Under the pieces are notes generated by a model. The model saw nothing but the letters and a program-made list of their open reading frames with translations, made no database searches and was not told the origin of the DNA. Shown here in pieces: positions 60,801-64,000 of a stretch of 64,000 nucleotides of DNA. Positions within the stretch are counted from its first letter, which is position 1, and each line of letters starts with the position of its first letter. A program made the translations under genes and the position numbers. The DNA is from Neophaeotheca triangularis. Its lineage: Eukaryota. The DNA lies in assembly GCA_054600435.1 (NCBI GenBank), contig BAAIJX010000022.1:1-64000 (forward strand). The letters run 5' to 3'.

Positions 60801-61705
60801 TCCTGCGTGAGAAACTCTTGAGGGGAGAAGCAAAGCGATGCTTTCCTGGGGCACAGTCCATGAGTGTCCGAGGACTCCTCATGCAAACTCCTGTAGAGGT
60901 GGCAACTCCGTTCGGAAGCTGTGAAAGCTGTGAAGAACGAAGATTCCGTGGCGGATAGCGATATCCGCGATGGTGCTGTGGGCAGTATGTTCCAGGGTAG
61001 AGGTGGGAGTACCGTGTTTTGTCAGTAGTTAGTGGCTATGCAAGTCGTGCGTCGACCTTGGCCGGGCTGTCACAAAGCCAACCGGGGAACGCACCTCATT
61101 TGAGCGCTGATCGCCAGAATCTAATATCGAGATAAACAACATACTCAATTTAACGTCACTAGTACTTCGCTAGACTGGACGTATCAAGGCGACTGCCGAG
61201 CTGTGGTTGCCACACGTGCGCAATATCGCCCATAGAGCTCGATTTCTACGACACTGGGCAGTAAGAGAAGGACCATGTCTCTGCGCTTTTGGGCTTTTGG
61301 GTTGGGAGGCTACGACTACCGAGCTTGAAGGTGCCAAATTACCAATCAACCGCAGCTTCAAGAAAGCGTGCCTCTACGAGCACAGATAAGAGGACATTCC
61401 GACCATGCAGCTGGCGGGTAGCGCGCTACATGCCTTGTTGGTTCGCACTCAAGGTGATGCAAACCCAACTCAAACGGTCTTGGAACGCGGTGGCAGCGTG
61501 TAGAGGACGTCAAGTCCGCATTGATGTTGCCTGTTGTAGACGCTACGCTTCTTAAAATGGGGCATGTGACCTTATCTAGAGATTGACCTGTCTGCCTACA
61601 TAAAGGCAATGCTGTGCAGCTGTATGGCTGGTTTACCCTCAGCATCCTTTGATCAGTAACTCACTTGGAAAGACAGAGGCATAAACTCACCTTGCTTTGA
61701 TCAAA

Positions 61706-62755
61706 ATGGTTTCTTCTTCAATGACTCCCTGGTTGGCTGCACTGGCGCCTCTTCTGGTTCGATTCTCCTCGGCTCAATCAACAGGCACCTTCGACTTTCT
61801 CACCTATAACGTCGCTGGTCTTCCGGCCTTATTTGGCTATGATATTCCAGGTGAACCAGAGCCAAACGCCAACATCATAGGCTCCGTCCTCTCTGAACGA
61901 AACTACGACATTGCGCATCTCCAAGAGGTAGGCCTGGACGACTTCTGACTTCCGCCTCTAGCCACCAGCTGACCAACAAACAGGACTTCAACTACCACGC
62001 ATACATCTACGAGGCCAATACGCACCCGTACCGAACTGCAACCACTGGCGGCGTGCCATTTGGCTCCGGCCTCAACACCGTCGCCAACTACGATTGGACC
62101 ACGTTCGAGCAGATCAAATGGGACGAGTGCTTCATCAACGAGGCCGATTGCCTGACCCCGAAGGGCTTCTCTTTCATGCGTATGCAGCTTGAAGATGGAG
62201 TAGAGATTGACCTCTACAACCTGCACGCAGATGCAGGGTAAGGACTTGCAGTTTGCTCGCTCTTGGCCATACGCTGACACCATGATAGAAGCGAAGACGG
62301 CGACATCGAGGCCCGCCGGGCTGGCATTGAGCAGATGCTAGCATACATCGAAGAGAACTCCGTCGGACGAGCAGTCATCATCGGAGGCGACACCAACGAC
62401 CGCTGGACCAACGAGGGTCGCAGCATCGACCTGCTTACCGACGCTGGGTTCGAGGACCCATGGGTCGAGCTTATCAAGGGCGGCACTTACCCTGCCGCAG
62501 ATGGTGAAGCGGACGCTTGCGATGTTCCGGCTGCTTCTAACGAGTGCGAGGTCGTCGACAAAGTCTTGTAAGTATACGTGATTCGATTGAGCGTTGATGG
62601 TGTGGGACCGACAAGACACCAGCTATCGATCTGGGGACTCTGTCAGTCTGGCTGCCAATGAGTGGTCGTACGAGTCTCAGTACTTTTTGCAGGAGAATGG
62701 TGATGAAGTGAGTGATCACAACCCTATCAGGGTCGAGTTTACTTGGTCGACTTGA
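61706..62755 (+). CDS. Secreted endonuclease/exonuclease/phosphatase (EEP) family protein, 3 introns
   Basis: Signal-peptide-like start; TYNVAGLP, LQEDF, YNLHADAG, GGDTN, VDKV.YR, SDHNP motifs across exons. Confidence 0.88.
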
Positions 62756-63437
62756 GTGTCGTCCAAAACCTGGTTCAAACAATACGAACGGGAGGAAATG
62801 CTCCAACTGCCTCACCGCATCTTCCATGCATTTATACCAGATTCCTCCCCACTTTTTTAGCAAGCTTACCTACCTTCAAGTATCTATGCCCAGGTGGATG
62901 TCCGTTCCCTCAATCCATACCGCACATTCTTCCCCACGGGTGCCCCACACTTCAACCCCACACTTCAACCCCACACTCTCATCCGACCTCACGTTGCTTG
63001 AACCCCCTCCAAGCGACTTCCAAGGTACCTTAGGTACTGTAGGTCCAAGGTCACTTTATCCCTCGGAGGATGATGCCCCGCGTTGCCGGGTATGCTTTGA
63101 TTAAGGTACCTACTGCAGGTACGTACCTCCAGGTCGAACCATGTCCCTCTCTCTTCTCCTCTCCCCTCCGCTTCCCTCCTCTTGCGCGCGACCTTCGAAC
63201 CTTCGACCGCATGTACCTCTCCCTTCTCTTCGCATCCCGTGCTACCTTCACTCATGCTGCTTTGAAGCAAACGCAAGGCATCCGTGAACGCTTCCGGCCG
63301 GTCACAAGGAATCTTCAACGGCAGCTCGAAGCCATCTTTGGAGCTTTGTTGATGCCCCACGCGCTCGTGCCTGGTAACAGAACAGCTCCCTTGTCTTCCA
63401 CTTAAAGTCTATTCATGATAAGATCTAGATAGCCACC

Positions 63438-64000
63438 ATGTGGCCCAGTTCGCGGCCCTTGAGGCTGCACAAACCAACTTTTACCAGAAGCCCGACGTGT
63501 TCGGCACTTTCTCTCCCTCCGCTGCTCGTGGCACGCAGAGTGTTCTGCAACTCGGCACGATGGCAACAAGGCCAGACTCAAGCGGCGGCGGCGGCGGCAG
63601 CGGCGGCGCCAGAAACCTCAAAGGACGAGGCCGAAGCAATCCCGTACTCGAGACTCACCATCGGCGTGCCGACGGAAGTTCGCTCCGGGGAGCGTCGAGT
63701 CGCCATGACGCCACAAAATGCCGCTCTACTACTCAAGAAAGGTTTCAAGCAAGTCCTCGTTGAGCACGGCGCAGGCTTCCAAGCCCAATTTCCAGCCCAT
63801 GAGTACGAAAAGGCCGGCGCCACCATGGTAAACAGCGCACGAGTATGGTACGATTCCGACATCGTACTCAAAGTCCGTCCACCGCGAATTACCGGCCCAC
63901 CCGGTGGAATCTCCATGACTTCTGGCAACAACTTCGTCTCAGGCTTCAAAGAGGGGGGCGTGGTCATCAGCGTTCTGCAGCCGAATGTCGACAAAAACAA
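63438..64000 (+). CDS. Mitochondrial NAD(P) transhydrogenase, 5' part (runs off the window)
   Basis: gccaccATG context; presequence then LTIGVPTEVRSGERRVAMTPQN...VLVEHGAG...DIVLKVRPP. Confidence 0.9.
   Translation, partial: MWPSSRPLRLHKPTFTRSPTCSALSLPPLLVARRVFCNSARWQQGQTQAAAAAAAAAPETSKDEAEAIPYSRLTIGVPTEVRSGERRVAMTPQNAALLLKKGFKQVLVEHGAGFQAQFPAHEYEKAGATMVNSARVWYDSDIVLKVRPPRITGPPGGISMTSGNNFVSGFKEGGVVISVLQPNVDKN

Overview
Left end of a filamentous ascomycete chromosome (gene content looks Dothideomycete-like; this is inferred). It opens with a (CCCTAA)n telomere and a 15.6 kb block of nested, RIP-mutated Ty3/Gypsy LTR retrotransposons. Two intact host genes follow (F-box/UIM protein, Asi3-like RING ligase), then a Zn2Cys6 transcription factor cut off at ~25.3 kb. 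Next is a ~25 kb RIP-mutated block: a ~13.6 kb multi-gene, probably mobile unit (SNF2 helicase, His-Cys-box endonuclease with C2H2 fingers, several unknown ORFs) into which two more Gypsy copies inserted, forming a 3.4 kb-arm near-palindrome. The last 13 kb hold GST and GH5 remnants fused head to head, a degenerate ORF, an MFS transporter, mitochondrial S12, an SreA-type GATA factor, a HET pseudogene, a secreted EEP-family enzyme and the start of NAD(P) transhydrogenase. Two signals stand out. (1) One chromovirus gag-pol/R-U5 backbone carries three different U3 regions; in the two subtypes whose 3' end is present, each U3 travels with its own antisense Zn2Cys6-like/coiled-coil ORF, which suggests a swappable regulator-plus-binding-site cassette. 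(2) The SNF2 + His-Me-endonuclease unit has no recognisable transposase or recombinase. Protein calls in RIP-mutated DNA rest on manual translation and manual reversal of C>T/G>A changes; no database searches were run.
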